Source of the DNA: Octopus bimaculoides
Taxonomy: Eukaryota
Length of the DNA stretch: 64,000 bases
NCBI RefSeq assembly: GCF_001194135.2
Contig: NC_068982.1
Span: 130,078,510-130,142,509, forward strand
Direction: 5' to 3'
Numbering within the stretch: position 1 is the first letter of the stretch; each line of letters starts with the position of its first letter. The notes below the pieces were generated by a model. That model was not told where the DNA came from. It did not search any database and saw nothing but the letters and a program-made list of their open reading frames with translations. Position numbers and translations under genes: made by a program. Positions 50,793 to 64,000 of the stretch are shown in pieces.

Positions 50793-51111
50793 TCGCTCTC
50801 CAACATTATGGTGAAGAAAGAAGACATAGACACACACAATATTTTTAAATCTTCATAAATAAAGAAAAGGTGACGGGGATAAAAAACTTCTATTATTATT
50901 TTTTCATGTGAGAGCTGCTGCTTGTTTGTTGAGAATGTCAGATTTTGGCTGCATTGAATGACAATCTTCTACCCCTTTTGCGACGGTTATTGAGCTAAAT
51001 GAAACAATTATATTCTTCTAAAAGACAAATGAATAATTAAATAAGTAATCCTTTCTATATTTTTTTTTTTTGGCACTCGGCTAACAAATTTGACAAGAAG
51101 GAGAAAACTGA

Positions 51112-51591
51112 TAGCCACGAACAGAGTATTTTCTGTCCAACAGAACATTATTGACTGACAAGAGTGACAATATCCCTATAGCAAACGACGGCGCCAGATT
51201 TTTTGGTTTTAAATTGTGACTAGCCACTTTAATAGTTTATAATTTTCACTGTACTATTTTTCTGAATCATCCACTGATTCCTATGGTATTTTCTATAAAC
51301 TGACAAGTCGAGTTAACTTAACCCTAGGCAATGGAGTAGCGTCACCGATGCAGATTAATTCTATCCGAAACCACCGGTGATCTGGCGCCCTCGCTTGCTG
51401 TAGGGAGGTTGTCTCCCTTGTCAGTCAATAGATAGTGCTCTGTTGAACAGAAAATGCTCTATTCGTAGCTAAAAGTAGTTTTGACTCTTATTTCTAGCCA
51501 TGCTGGTGCTGACTTGCACCTTTAGTCACTTTTAGTAACGATTGTACTTGTGCCCTTTGGTTTTAAATTGCGTCTAGCCACTTTAATAATT

Positions 51592-51600
<9 letters not shown>
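51112..51600 (+). mobile_element. Second copy of the hammerhead-bearing repeat, preceded by an inverted partial copy
   Basis: 51112-51199 is an inverse of 51380-51471; decayed core CCGATGC...GAAA-CC-ACC-GG-TG at 51345-51379; short direct repeat at ~51203 and ~51567. Confidence 0.65.
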
Positions 51601-51627
<27 letters not shown>

Positions 51628-52614
51628 TACATGTCTGTGAGCGCATGTGTATTTGTGTATCTGTGTGGGATGTGAATGCTTATGTATGAATTTGCCTATG
51701 TGTATGTGTGTGTATGTGCGTGTGTGTGTGTGTGTGTATATGTGTGTGCGTGTATGTGTGTATTTGTGTGTCTGCGTGTGTGCACGCGTGCAGTATGTTG
51801 CAACAAAATGTCGATCATTTATTCATTCCAGCAAAACAGGATGTGTTATAAACTTCGCAATTCGTGTGATGTATTTTGTTTGTCAGTATTTAATGTTGCA
51901 TTCGTTATATATAAATAGTAGTTAAGTGCTAATTATGGCTTTAACATTCACTTCAGTAATCACGTTATTCTGCAATTACTAGATAATTTTACTGATGCAA
52001 ATTCATATGGATTGAAAGGAATGAATTCCGATTAATCTTTTAAAGTAAATCTTTAGAGTGTATATTCTACCCTTTTCTTCGCCTTACTAAATAGTCCCAA
52101 CATGTTCACCATTTTTTAAAAAGTTACTTCATATAATGAAATGAAGTTCTTTTTCTACGGCAGATTCTTTTCAATATAACAGGACATTACTTTTATCGCC
52201 GTTGGTTTTAAAGATAACAGCTTAAATTTTGTGTAAGTTAAATCTCTGATACTGTCGCGACACATACGTATTTATGAAATGATCTTTGAAAGCTAAATAT
52301 AGAATGCCATTGAAACATGTAATTAACAGATCAATACTTAAATCTTTCAGCATGCTATATTGTATACTATTCCAATATAACCGTACTTGTGAATCAATTG
52401 GAACTTGATTTTATAAACATTTGAAAATTTCATATGGTCTTTAAATAATCTACCAATGGCAAGTTGTTCATGAAACACCCTATCGGCAAAGTGGAATAAA
52501 TGTAGCCAAAATGATTTAGAATATATTTTTGTATAGATATAGGCATAAAGGTACTAGATATTTCTTTCTTTATTGCCAACAGGGAGCTAAACATAGAGGG
52601 GACAAACAAGTACA

Positions 52615-52768
52615 GGCAGAGGGATTAAGTCGATTACATCGACGCCAGTGCGTAGATGGTACGGTTTAATCAACTCCGAAAGGATGAAAGGCAAAGTCGT
52701 AACGGCAGACGAAATACTGCTAAACATTTCGCTCGGCGTACTAACAATTCTGCAAGCTCGCCGCCCTA
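52615..52768 (-). mobile_element. SINE family A, internally deleted
   Basis: AGTCGATTACATCGAC...GAAAGGATGAAAGGCAAAGTCG|TAACGGCAGACGAAATAC...GCAAGCTCGCCGCC. Confidence 0.85.
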
Positions 52769-52869
52769 AAGGTACCACATATTGTGTATGTAACAATCTG
52801 TATAAGAATTGTGAACTTATCGTGAAGCTTTCATGTGAAATCTCCATATCGATACAGCCATAACAGATC

Positions 52870-52917
<48 letters not shown>

Positions 52918-53309
52918 TACGAAGCAGTCCGCTTACCAGTACATAAAAACATCTATGGAGAAAGCTGGACAAGAATTGAACTAGATAAAGTATTTCGTCG
53001 GTCGTTCTACCATGTGCATTAAATCCATCTTCATCAATTTATCTGGTATTGCTTTCTTTTTCCAACTTGTCATTAAAAGTAATATGATACAGAATCTATC
53101 TCAATATATTTTTGATGCATATTATATCGATAATGGAGGCAATGAAAGATAAATTCGACATTGGTGAGATTTCATCTCAAAGAATTAAGGAAACCCCAGA
53201 AACTGTGTAACATGTTTTATTGTAGTTTTGTTCAGTTTCGGCGACCTCTAATGCCTCATCACCTAGATAAATATCAAGAATCACTACCTCCCACACACAG
53301 ACGTACGCG

Positions 53310-53370
<61 letters not shown>

Positions 53371-53419
53371 GTATGTATGTATGTATGGATGGATGGATGT
53401 ATATATATATATATATATA

Positions 53420-53458
<39 letters not shown>

Positions 53459-55877
53459 ATGAATGGAGGGAAGGAGGGAGAGATGCAGGCATGTATGTAT
53501 GTTCGCACCTATGCATATCAGTATGTGGTTAAGTATGTTTATGTATGTCTGATTGCGTGTGGGTTTATCTTTGTGTCTGTGTGGGTGTATAGTTGAATGT
53601 GTAAGTATTTCCCTCTTAAGTTACATTTTCTTTTCTGCATAAGTACGGTTTATAAATAAAGGAAAAACAGAGAGGAAACCAAGATAGATCCAAAAATAGA
53701 AAAAAATAGCTGCAAAGAGCAAAAAAGAATGTGAGAAGAAAAATGGAACTCTGATTCGGTGAGCGATAGGAAAGATAATGTAGATGAGGGTAACAGATTA
53801 AAACAGAGAAAAAAAAAGTTTCACTTTAAAATGGGCTTCTGTTTACGATGGTTATATTAAGGAAATTCTCCGAATATAAACATGGCCCACAATATAGTAA
53901 ATGGATTTTGTTCAACAATGATCATGAGAACATTTTTTCGTAAGGAACGTCTCAAGGCGCGTTAACATTGTAAGGAATAGTGGCTATTGTGGTGGCGAGA
54001 TGACTGTAAATTCACGTGGTCACAATGTGAAGAATCGTATCTCTATAAGGTTATGTGTTTGTATAGAGAAGCGAGTGCATGTAGTGTCCATGTTAAAGGC
54101 GGTAGCTGTACGAAATGTATGTAGATTGGGAGTGTGATGATTTAGTAGCTTTCATAGAGACAGCAACTGCATGTATGAGGTGTGTGTGTAGTCAACTGTG
54201 TATCTGTGGATTACATTGGCAAGTGTGTAACATTTGTGTCATAGAATTTTCAAAGATATAATGACTATTTGGAAGCTATATGGAAAGTTTAATGTGTTTA
54301 ACCCTTTAGCATTCAGTCTACTCCGTCAAATGTAATACTGATTTCATAACGACTTTCAAGTCATATATAAAATCAATTTGCAGAAATGTATAGTTATCAA
54401 TTAAATATTCAGATACATATTTTCATAGATTATTATTTGGCGAGTTTGTATGTATGAATGTATGTATGCATGCATGCATGCATGTATATTTGTATGTATG
54501 TATGTATGTATGTATGTATGTATGTATGTAGGAAGGTATGTAGGTAAGTATATATGTAGGTATGTAGTAGGTATATATGTAGGTAAGTAGGTAGGTAGGT
54601 ATTTATGTATATATTCATGCATGCATGCATGTATGTATGTATGTAGGTAGGTAGGTAGATAGGTAGGTAGGGAGGGAGGGAGATGGGTAGGTAGGTAGGT
54701 AGGTGGATACATACATGAATAGATATTTAATAAAATTTTTAATCATTAAAAAATGGAACTGCATTGGCTAGATGAAGATTAAAAGTTAAATCACACATTG
54801 GACATAACCAAAAATAAAGAACTAGTCAGAGAAAGTAATCACTATCTATAGAATTAAGGCTTTGGAAAAAGAAAAGTGTAAGATATTTTTATTATATGGA
54901 TGAACGACAAAATGCAACGTAACATGCTGTTAAGCCATCTTGTAATAATGGAAAAACTAGGAATATTTTCAGATACAAGGAGAAGGAGTTAACTGTAGAA
55001 GTGTACGCAGAGATTTATTTGATAGTTTCAAACGACGGCATTACCTACACGGCATGCATATGTCTGGTGAAGCTGTTAGTGTAGAAGCACCCAAAGTGAC
55101 GGAGGTAATGTTTCAGGAGAGACTTCGAGCTGTAGCGAACGTTTGTTTATTATTTAGAAACGTCGCAATCAATATCAAATATGCCTCTTCTTGTGATTTG
55201 AAAACAAAAAAATGAACTGAGTGACAGTGGAAGTTTTCGTACAATGGTTTGTTTTACACATTTGTCAGACGCAAAAGGATTTGATGAAGACATAATCTTT
55301 AAACTAAGATATTGCTGGTGACTGATAATTTTTTAGACCATCCCTTGTATCTCAACACCCTTGAAACCTGTATTTTTGTGGAAATGCTATGCCTAACACT
55401 CCAAAAATCTTTCTTGATTCAATCCGTGGATCAGATTGCAATTTCTAATATCAGGGTCGACTACATTAGTCGTGTATTCAAATAACTTGTTGAAGAAGCA
55501 AATGACCAAGATAAAAAGAGAACCAGATGGCTATTGTTAACAATCTATCAAATTTGTTTCACAAAATTACCATGTCATGAAAGCCATAGATAAGCTCAAT
55601 GGAGCTTAATTAATTAAAACATGTTCAATTTTACCAAAATTTAGATCGCATTGAGTGACATTATCTGAAGCTATAAAGTGTTTGGATGATTTGACAACGA
55701 ATCTCAGAGCTTTCCATTTGTTCAGTGACATTTACGATCTTTATCTGAATTTGCTCTACTGCTATAACTAGCCTATCAAGTTGATATCTCTACACTGTTA
55801 TGACTTCATTTAACAGTGTATTTTTAGGAACGTATCTATACCATTAACCGAGGTGTTACTGAATGTAAATACATCAA

Positions 55878-55928
<51 letters not shown>

Positions 55929-56099
55929 ATACACACGTAAAAGTAGAACGTTGGAATGAGTGCTCAACATTGTATTGGTGGATAACTAATTTCTTTATTT
56001 GTGAATTAAGGCTACCATTGGTTTCATGTTAAGAGTAGGAAGGTCTCTGAACAGTTTTTCTAGCCGATCACATGGAGAAAGGTGTTCACCTCCATTTTG

Positions 56100-56790
56100 G
56101 AGGACAATCTCGTTTCGTTCACGAGATTTATCGTAAATTCACGTAAGTGAAACATTGAAACAATAATCTATAAGGCAATTTTTGGAATTTGTCTCCTTTC
56201 GATTTGTCTTTTCGGTAAATTTCTTAATTTTTTTCATTTTTTTGTATGATCTTGTTCTGGGCATGGTGTTTTGTACTTGTATGTTGGAGCATGTTTCTTC
56301 TTTGTGTGGAGTTTGTGACATTTCTTCTTTGTTGTGTGAAGTTTGTGTGCTATATGTGCTCACGTGTATGAAGGGGCTATCCTAGTAGGGTTGCCCTCGT
56401 TTGTAGTTACCCTCGTTTATAACGGTCTTCTTTAAAATATTTGAGTGTAAAATATTGTTTATGTATGCAGAGAGAGAAGGTTTCATCCCTTATGTTTAAG
56501 ATGTTGTCTGTTGATTGAATAATATTTAGATTTTCAGTAATTTAGAGTTCTTATTTGGTGCCCCGTCATCTCTATCTGGGGGTTGATTATCCTACCTTCT
56601 TTCAATGTCCATATTATATTTGATAGGGATGTTTCATGTTTTTTTTTGTTTTTCTCTCTGAATGACGCAAGGTGTTGCGTATACCTTTCCTTGAACGAAT
56701 TTCCCGTCATTCCGATATATGTCTTTGGTGTTCCGTGGGATCCGTGACCTTGGCCTTGTATACGAGTTCTTTCTCGAGACAGTTGTTGTT
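56100..56790 (-). mobile_element. Penelope-like element 3' fragment (GIY-YIG endonuclease)
   Basis: KTYIGMTGNSFKERYTQHLASFR...ETSLSNIIWTLKE, then NILNIRDETFSLCIHKQYF...* (stop 56417-19) and a 3' UTR. Confidence 0.85.
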
Positions 56791-56954
56791 TAGAGGGCAA
56801 CAATTTGGGGATCTAAGTACTTACCTATACACACACACACACACACACACACAAATAGACACACACACACATACACACACGCACGCACATGTATGTGTAT
56901 GTATATATNNNNNNNNNNNNNNNNNNNNNNNNNNNNNNNNNNNNNNNNNNNNNN

Positions 56955-57009
<55 letters not shown>

Positions 57010-60000
57010 TATGACCCTGTCTTTTGCTTCACATGCACTATTTTTTTGTGACTAGAGATAATAAATGAAACTCGACAGTTGCGTATCATGAGTTTTGATG
57101 AGATCTTATCTAACTTGATACAGATGTATCTATCAGATCTATTGTATTACTTCTTCTGGATTATAGCAAGCAGCAACTGCTTGCTAATGACAAACTGAGC
57201 GTTTAACTCATGGCATCGACGCTTGGAACATACTGTTAATGGTTTCTATATATTAGAGGAACACATTTCCATCAGCCATTATTACTTTATTAACACTGGC
57301 AGTTTTTATATTTCCTAAAGTTCCTATTAGACAAACAAAAGCAGTTGCAAAACGACAACATTGTAACTTATAAATGTGCTAAAATATTTAGATGCATATA
57401 TTAGAAACGCTCATACACAAGCATGCAGTCAATGCAATCAATTAGATGTAAAAACACGAGATAAAATGCAAAATAGAATTCACATAAACATAAGTATATG
57501 CAATAGACCAAGTGTGCTACATTAAAAAGTGGTTCTACAGCATTAGCTGAACATCTAAATACATGTAAAAGTAGGAAAAATTAGATATAAATAGCAAGCT
57601 CTTCTAAAAGTGTGTAAGGTGATTTTATCAACTCGCAGGATTCTCGAATCCAGCGTGCAAAGGAAACAAATCAGAAGATCGATTCCAGAGTCTCTCACCA
57701 GGGAATCTTTGAACTGAGTGACAAAACAACAAAACATCTTTGGTGAAATACTGGGCAGCAAGAAGTTCCTAGAAGAGCCAACGCTAAAGCGTGGTTTCAA
57801 TCGCTTGCTATAAACGGCTAATATCCCATTTTTGTATGGAGGATATTTTGGATGACTAGCATAGAACTAGAAATAAACTGCAACAAACCAATTCTGGGAT
57901 ATAATTTCAAATCCTTCTGCTAATGACATTGGGGAAACTAATAAATGTCGTAATATCTCATATTCTTTCCCAACATACATGTGACCTTTATATATATGTA
58001 TATATATATATATATATATACATATATAATGGCCCAATTAAGCTAAATGTTAAATATTTGGGAAAACAAAACATTCTTCCTGCTTAACAATTCATAAGTG
58101 AAGAACCACTGTCATTTAACAACTCCCACATTACTAATACTTTATTTTAAAGTATTTCTTATATTTTTCAGAATATTCCTGTGAATATTTCTGCTAAAAC
58201 GTCATTCTCTGTTCATGTCTGAATGTATGCATTGCGTATTTTGTGTATATTATTTTATTACCACAAGCAATTACGTTCACCTAAATGCTCACACATAAAC
58301 ATAACGACCAACACATATGTAGCCTTCCAATTACAACATTGAACACTGACGTTAAACCGTGAAAATACGCATTAGGAAAAAAAACAATCTGAAAATAAAA
58401 TTATCGTTGGTAGAGAAGTTTTGTTAGGGTCTGATAACATCCCATCATGCAGTATTGCTCGCATCATGTTACGTCACTTAAAACCTACAACCATTTTACA
58501 TAGAAATTCACTGAACACTCAAAGATTGGATGTTGGTAAGTCACTGGTGACTCTAATACTATTCATGCCCAGTTGAAACCCAAAGATGATAACACAACGT
58601 CTGATTATTAGATAAATGAACCGACGTAACATGAGATTGCTAGAGTCTGTTTAGATAGAGCAGAGTTAGAGAAAGCAATGAGTATCTACAGAAATAGGTT
58701 TATTCTCAACTAATGCTTTATTTATTTGCTGGTCATTTATTTATTTTCACAAAAAGAGAACTATTTTTCTTTATCATTGGATCAAAACGAACGAATATCT
58801 TCGGAAGTACTAGTTTTTTTTTGTGGGGAAAATCACCAGTGAATTAAAGTGTACATTAAGTGGTGAAATTTGGGGAAGGCAAACCTCTGTTCCTGTTGGA
58901 ATGTCAGCAGTTGCATAATCTTTTTTAAATAAGTCAATAAAACGACTAGAAAATTAACCTTTTCGTGTGTAATTTTGTTCCTGACAGCGGTAATTATGAT
59001 CACCGAGAGCCGAGCAGATAGGCTACTGACTTAAGGATCAGTATAACTACTAAATACATACTATGGATAAGTGCTATAAAATGGAGTAAGGTACGTTGAG
59101 AATCGAATGTGCGACCATATTTAAATTTTGTCAAAACCTATTTCACTTCACTGAAGTAGTTAATGCTTTTACGGATAGCCTGGTGGTTGCAAATTTCACG
59201 TCCTCCTCCATGCTTGTCTGGAATCGGCAACAAGACTCAACCCTCCTGTGTATGCTAAATTGTATCAATGGGAAAGAGGTGGAGAGAGACATAGAGAGAA
59301 GAGGAGGAAAAAAAGAAAAGCAGAAGAAAAGAAGAGAGGAGGTTAGCACTTATTTGGCTGAAAACACTTCTTACCTAGTATTCGAAAAGGAAAATTTTTC
59401 TTTGAAGAATTAACTGGGAATTTTCAAGAGGAATACTCAACCCACTCTTTCTTTAATAATTGTTTTTATGGATTGTTATAGCGTTCGTCTGAGGAAAACG
59501 AAAATTTGAAATAACGGTTGGCGATTAATCGATATACAAAAATTTAAGGCAAAAAGAAAATATTATGGGACAAGTGACTATTAGTAATTTTACAAGTAAC
59601 AGTGATTTATTTTCCATGTTGTAATAGACGCCAATATATAGTTGATATTTATTTTAGCTAAATAAAATCACGAGTGAATTCTGTTCGCAACCAACACAAA
59701 GCCATGTATTTATTCTGAAGGGCATATTGTATTGAATCAATTCTAGTGCATGTTTGATATCACAGAACGGTCTCCAGATTCAATTATCTTTTTGAAAAAT
59801 AGATAAGTTCCTATGCTTTTACAACTTTGTTACTGTATCGCAAATATTCAATACCAATTGCGTTCTTCTAAATGTTGGTATAATACATAGTTTATGTCTA
59901 CCTTATTTTTAAAATAGCTTCTTAAATTAAATAAGTTTCAAGAGATACAATCAACCGTGTTCAATATTGCAAAATTTTCAAAAAAAGAAAAAATGTTTCT

Positions 60001-60710
60001 ATATAAAAATAATCAAAGGTGCCTTCTGTCATACGATAGTTATTTCATCGATTGTGAGTTTGTAAAAAAATATATAGTTGACTTTCACGGGATAAACTCA
60101 GGTCCTTTTGAGACAAAACGAATTACTGTGCGATATTTTGTAAAGTGTTCTTAAGTTTTTCTCTTACTGAACGAAGATTAACTTTCGTGTTGATTGGAAT
60201 TGTGTATGATCAATTGAGTTAACTTCAATATATTAATAGAGCTTATTTTCACAATCTCGGAGGGAGGAAACAAAATGTCAGATCCTGTGGGATTTAAATA
60301 GTTTAAGGACAAATTTAAACCCAGGAATGCCTTTACTCTTTACAGCTTCTTGTAATCCGCTTTCATTTTATGGGTCACACTAAGTTTGAGATAAGGTGAC
60401 ATTTTTGGGAGGAGGAACCAATCGATTAAATCGTTTCCATTATGAAATGGGTATTCATTTTAATCAACCTCAAAATATTGAAAAGACAAAAGCAACTCAA
60501 ATCGAATTTAAACCTAGAAAATAAAGGAACAAAAATTTCCCTCAAAGCATTTCATGACATTATCACCTTAATTTTTTGAAATCATTGGAAACAGATTTGC
60601 AGGCGATTATCAATTAAAGATTATAAATAATTCTAGAACGTATGTTATTATATGCTAGTAGAAACAATATAGTAATTCATTAATAGTAGTATTTGCCCCC
60701 AAAATATTGG

Positions 60711-60890
60711 TTTCAAATTTTGGCCAGCAATTTCGGGTAGGGGATGAGTCGATTACATCAACCCCAGTGTTCAACTGATACTTATTTAATCGATTCTAAA
60801 GGGGTGAAAGGCAAAATCGACCACAGCGGAATTTGAACTCAGAGCGTAAAACAGACTAAATGCTGCTATGCATTTTCCCCGGCGTGCTAA
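60711..60890 (-). mobile_element. SINE family A
   Basis: TTTCAAATTTTGGCCAGCAATTTCGGG...GTCGATTACATC...GAAAGGCAAAATCGACC...ATTTGAACTCAG. Confidence 0.88.
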
Positions 60891-61254
60891 AATTTCCCCA
60901 GAAATATTGATTACCTATTTGTCTCAGTGAATTATCGATTGGTTCGATGGACAAATCTTTGAGCTCAAATATCCAACGGGCTATTGTCAAAAAAATGTAT
61001 ATAATAAAATACATCTAGATGGTCCCGATAATGTCAAGTTCCAAAACAAATTAGCTTTGCAGGTTATAAATCCTTGTGACAGGGAACTTGTAGTACCGAG
61101 TTTGCATCAGGCGAACCGAGTTCTCGAAATGGTTTTATTAAACGAATTGTAGTGTTTTCACACAGCGTAAGTTTCATTTTCTTTTCTCTAAACTTATCAT
61201 GGTCGGTCACTTCTGATCATAAAACAACATTGTTATCAAAGTTATATCGAATGA

Positions 61255-61255
61255 C

Positions 61256-61345
<90 letters not shown>
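61255..61345. repeat. (AG)n microsatellite
   Basis: Visible directly. Confidence 0.98.
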
Positions 61346-61348
<3 letters not shown>

Positions 61349-61599
61349 TGAGATACTAAGTGTGAAAAGGAAGCTGAGGGAAATATGAGAATGAATTATA
61401 GAGATGGAAAAAAGATGATTGTCTTGAAGAAGGCTGAAGACTAAAACATTTCAAACGTTACTAGATGTTACAAAAGAAATAAACAAACATACACCAACAA
61501 CAAGTATATATATATATATATATATTGGGTTGGATGATGTGCTTTTGGCCATGCCCTTCAAGAACAGCTAGATTAATGTTATTAACATTCTGCATAAGT

Positions 61600-62085
61600 T
61601 GTTTCAAATCAGTGATTTCAGAAAAGAGATGTGAAAAGAAAGAATTTTAGAGGGCCGACATTCTGAGAAGAAAGAACTGAGCAGTAGTTAGTGAGAACGT
61701 GAGTGGGTGGAGTTGAATACGATATATGAGTGATGGAGTCGAGAGAGACAAATGAACTGAGTTTGCTTGAGCGGATGGGGCAAAACACCAGTAAACTCCG
61801 TGGAGCAGTGGCCATTAAAATAGTGGTAGAAAAGGTAGAGAGAGAATACAGCATGTTTGTGTGCCTGAGATCAGAGTGTGTTTGTGAGTGACTCTATACC
61901 AGTCAGTTGTGTGGCATTTCTCTGGATGTCAGTGTATTTTGTAGCCCCCAGATGAGGGAGCAGTACTCCATCACGTGTCTCACCTGAACTTTGTAGCGAG
62001 TTAGTAGTTGTTGAGACCTGATATATTATCTAGTCCCGAAGAGAAAGCAAACTCTTTGAGATGCAGAATTAGCTATGTTTAAACT
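61600..62085 (-). mobile_element. CR1-group LINE 3' fragment
   Basis: LLTRYKVQVRHVMEYCSLIWG and FYHYFNGHCSTEF match the conserved LY.AQVRP.MEYCS..W and FY.YY.G.CS.EL blocks; frameshifted. Confidence 0.7.
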
Positions 62086-63490
62086 TTGATAGAATCATAA
62101 TTGTAAGGAATTTACATGAGAAAACATTCAAAATATATATTGTTTTAATCGTATTGCTACTAGTTGATTTTTTTTCTTTTTTCCCCTCAATTTGCTGTTA
62201 TCAATATGGTTTTGTGTTAGAAGTTACTGCTGCAGGTTGTGTTCCATGTCAAAAATTTAACAATTTCAAAAGCTGTGGAGATTGCAGTTTGTTTTTTACA
62301 CTGCCCTTCGATTAGTTGTTAGCATTGCTTACGTATCAAATATCCCTTAAGAGTTAAATTGGATAGTTTTGTTTATATCTAGAAACAAATGCATTAAAGC
62401 TGGAATGCCGGGGGTTACATCTAAAGGATAGGGTTTTAACCTTTTTAACATATATCTCTTGTAGACAAAAAAAATCTTATGAAACAAGATTAAACAAAGT
62501 TTCACACAACACCCAGTCTTGATATTTTAAATGTGCGTGAGATATAATAGATAGACTTTAAAAATAAAACGAGCCATGGAAAAAGGTCTACATGCCTTAA
62601 TTTATTTACTTATTTTACATTGACACTTTTATGTTAAAGTTACTAAAATAGATAGCGAAGGAAATAGAGAAATAGCAAGGGGAAAAAGGGCGTATGAGAG
62701 GAGGGAAAGAAAATAAGCAAGTGGAGAGAACTGGTAGGATAATATAGAGATTTTTTTTTATTAAACGAAAGAAGAAAAGTAGAACAAATAGTTAAGAAAA
62801 TGGAAAATTCTCATTCAGTAAAATAGGATCATGTTGAAAACGTGAACATATAAAACATAAGAAATAAAAAAAAAGCAGAAAAAAAAAGGAAATAGTAAAA
62901 AAAAAAAAGAAAAAAACAAAAACAAAGCTGAAACACATTCAGAAATCTAAAATTAAGCTGAAACTAAAATTGGCAGGAAGAAATATTGTTTTGTTTTTCT
63001 TGTAAACAATTTGTGTGAAAGAAAGCTTCTCTAAATATTTACTTTACAATCGATCGAAGTGTAGCCGCAAGCACAGTGGAATGGTTTGGTCATTCTCGAG
63101 TTTGCGAGCCAGTTTCGATATCCTGTTAGAAACTTTCTAACAGGACACTCATGGCAAAATCATGAAAGCCACAAATTCCTCTCCTCCTCTCCTAAGCCAA
63201 TAGAAGAGTTAATCGTTTATGGAAGTAGCTAATTGTGACAATTAACTTATTCGTCGGTCTATTTACGTTATATTATTAATTCATTTGTGTTGATCATAAA
63301 CCTTACGTCAACTTTCCTTAGCTTAAGTATCTGGTGATATGTAAGAAAACAAACAAACATTAACTCTCACACTCCGTAGACATAATCTGGATTGGGATAC
63401 GCGTACTAAATTATTAAAATGGATCTAACATTAGCCGTCTCATTTACCAAAAATACGAAATTTAAATAAGTATTTGATAATAATTGTGTT

Positions 63491-63702
63491 GGTTTCAAAT
63501 TTTGGCGCAAGGCTAGCAATTTGGGGGGATGGGCTAAGTCAATTTAACCGATTCTAGTGCTCAAGTGGTACTTATTTTATCGACCTCGAAAGGATGAAAG
63601 GCAAAATCGACCCCGACTGCATTTAAACTCAGAACGTAAAGACGGATGAAATGCCTCTAGGCATTGTACGTGGTGTGCTAATGATTCTGCCAACTGGCTG
63701 CC
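63491..63702 (-). mobile_element. SINE family A
   Basis: Full consensus, from GGTTTCAAATTTTGGCGCAAGG to ATTCTGCCAACTGGCTGCC. Confidence 0.9.
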
Positions 63703-64000
63703 TTAGTCTTTGATAATAATGATATTAGCATGCAGATACATATCGGGTTTAGTCTGAACCTATCCACATCCACCCCAATGTTTACAGGGTCATTCTTATT
63801 TTCAATTTTAATTCTTCTTTTCCTTTTTAACTTTCTGCAAAAGTGCACATGTTTCGTTGTTGAACCTAAGGAAATAGAGAGCAATGCATGAAATCCTTTT
63901 CTGGTGGCCAACTATCAGGCAACTAGTGTTAAATAAAAATGCCTGAACAAACCACCCAGTCATTAGATTAACCCGAAATTGTGCTTTATAAAGAATAAAC

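Noticed and set aside
56040-56140. Hammerhead in the minus-strand PLE UTR
   Set aside because: Hairpins and GAAAC...GTC are present, but the CUGANGA core is absent
57639-57746. Terminal coding exon after TCAACTCGCAG
   Set aside because: All frames close within about 36 codons and none resembles a known protein

Overview
This is AT-rich, microsatellite-dense eukaryotic DNA from a draft scaffold with about 11 N-gaps. From memory of its SINE families it most resembles an octopod (Octopus) genome; I did not confirm this by search. I found no intact multi-exon protein-coding gene, rRNA, bona fide tRNA or CRISPR array, and nearly all ORFs in the supplied track are microsatellite or gap artefacts. 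The window is mostly a transposon graveyard. It holds more than 20 tRNA-derived SINE copies of at least 3 families, restriction-like-endonuclease (R4/Dong-type) LINE 3' ends in TAA and CATA microsatellites, and RTE, CR1/L2-group, Tx1 and Penelope-like (GIY-YIG) fragments. DNA elements include a full-length but defective mariner, a defective Tc1, a non-autonomous Helitron, a MITE and several fold-back elements. The most notable unannotated signals are four to five hammerhead-ribozyme motifs. Two have intact catalytic cores (45343, 46295). Another lies in a short non-coding repeat whose two copies keep stem III paired despite different sequences. Also notable are an 84-bp duplication flanking the mariner, a SINE-head/Tx1-ORF1 chimera with a triplicated A box, and a candidate signal-peptide first exon at 1697-1803 (-) of a gene that would continue left of the window.
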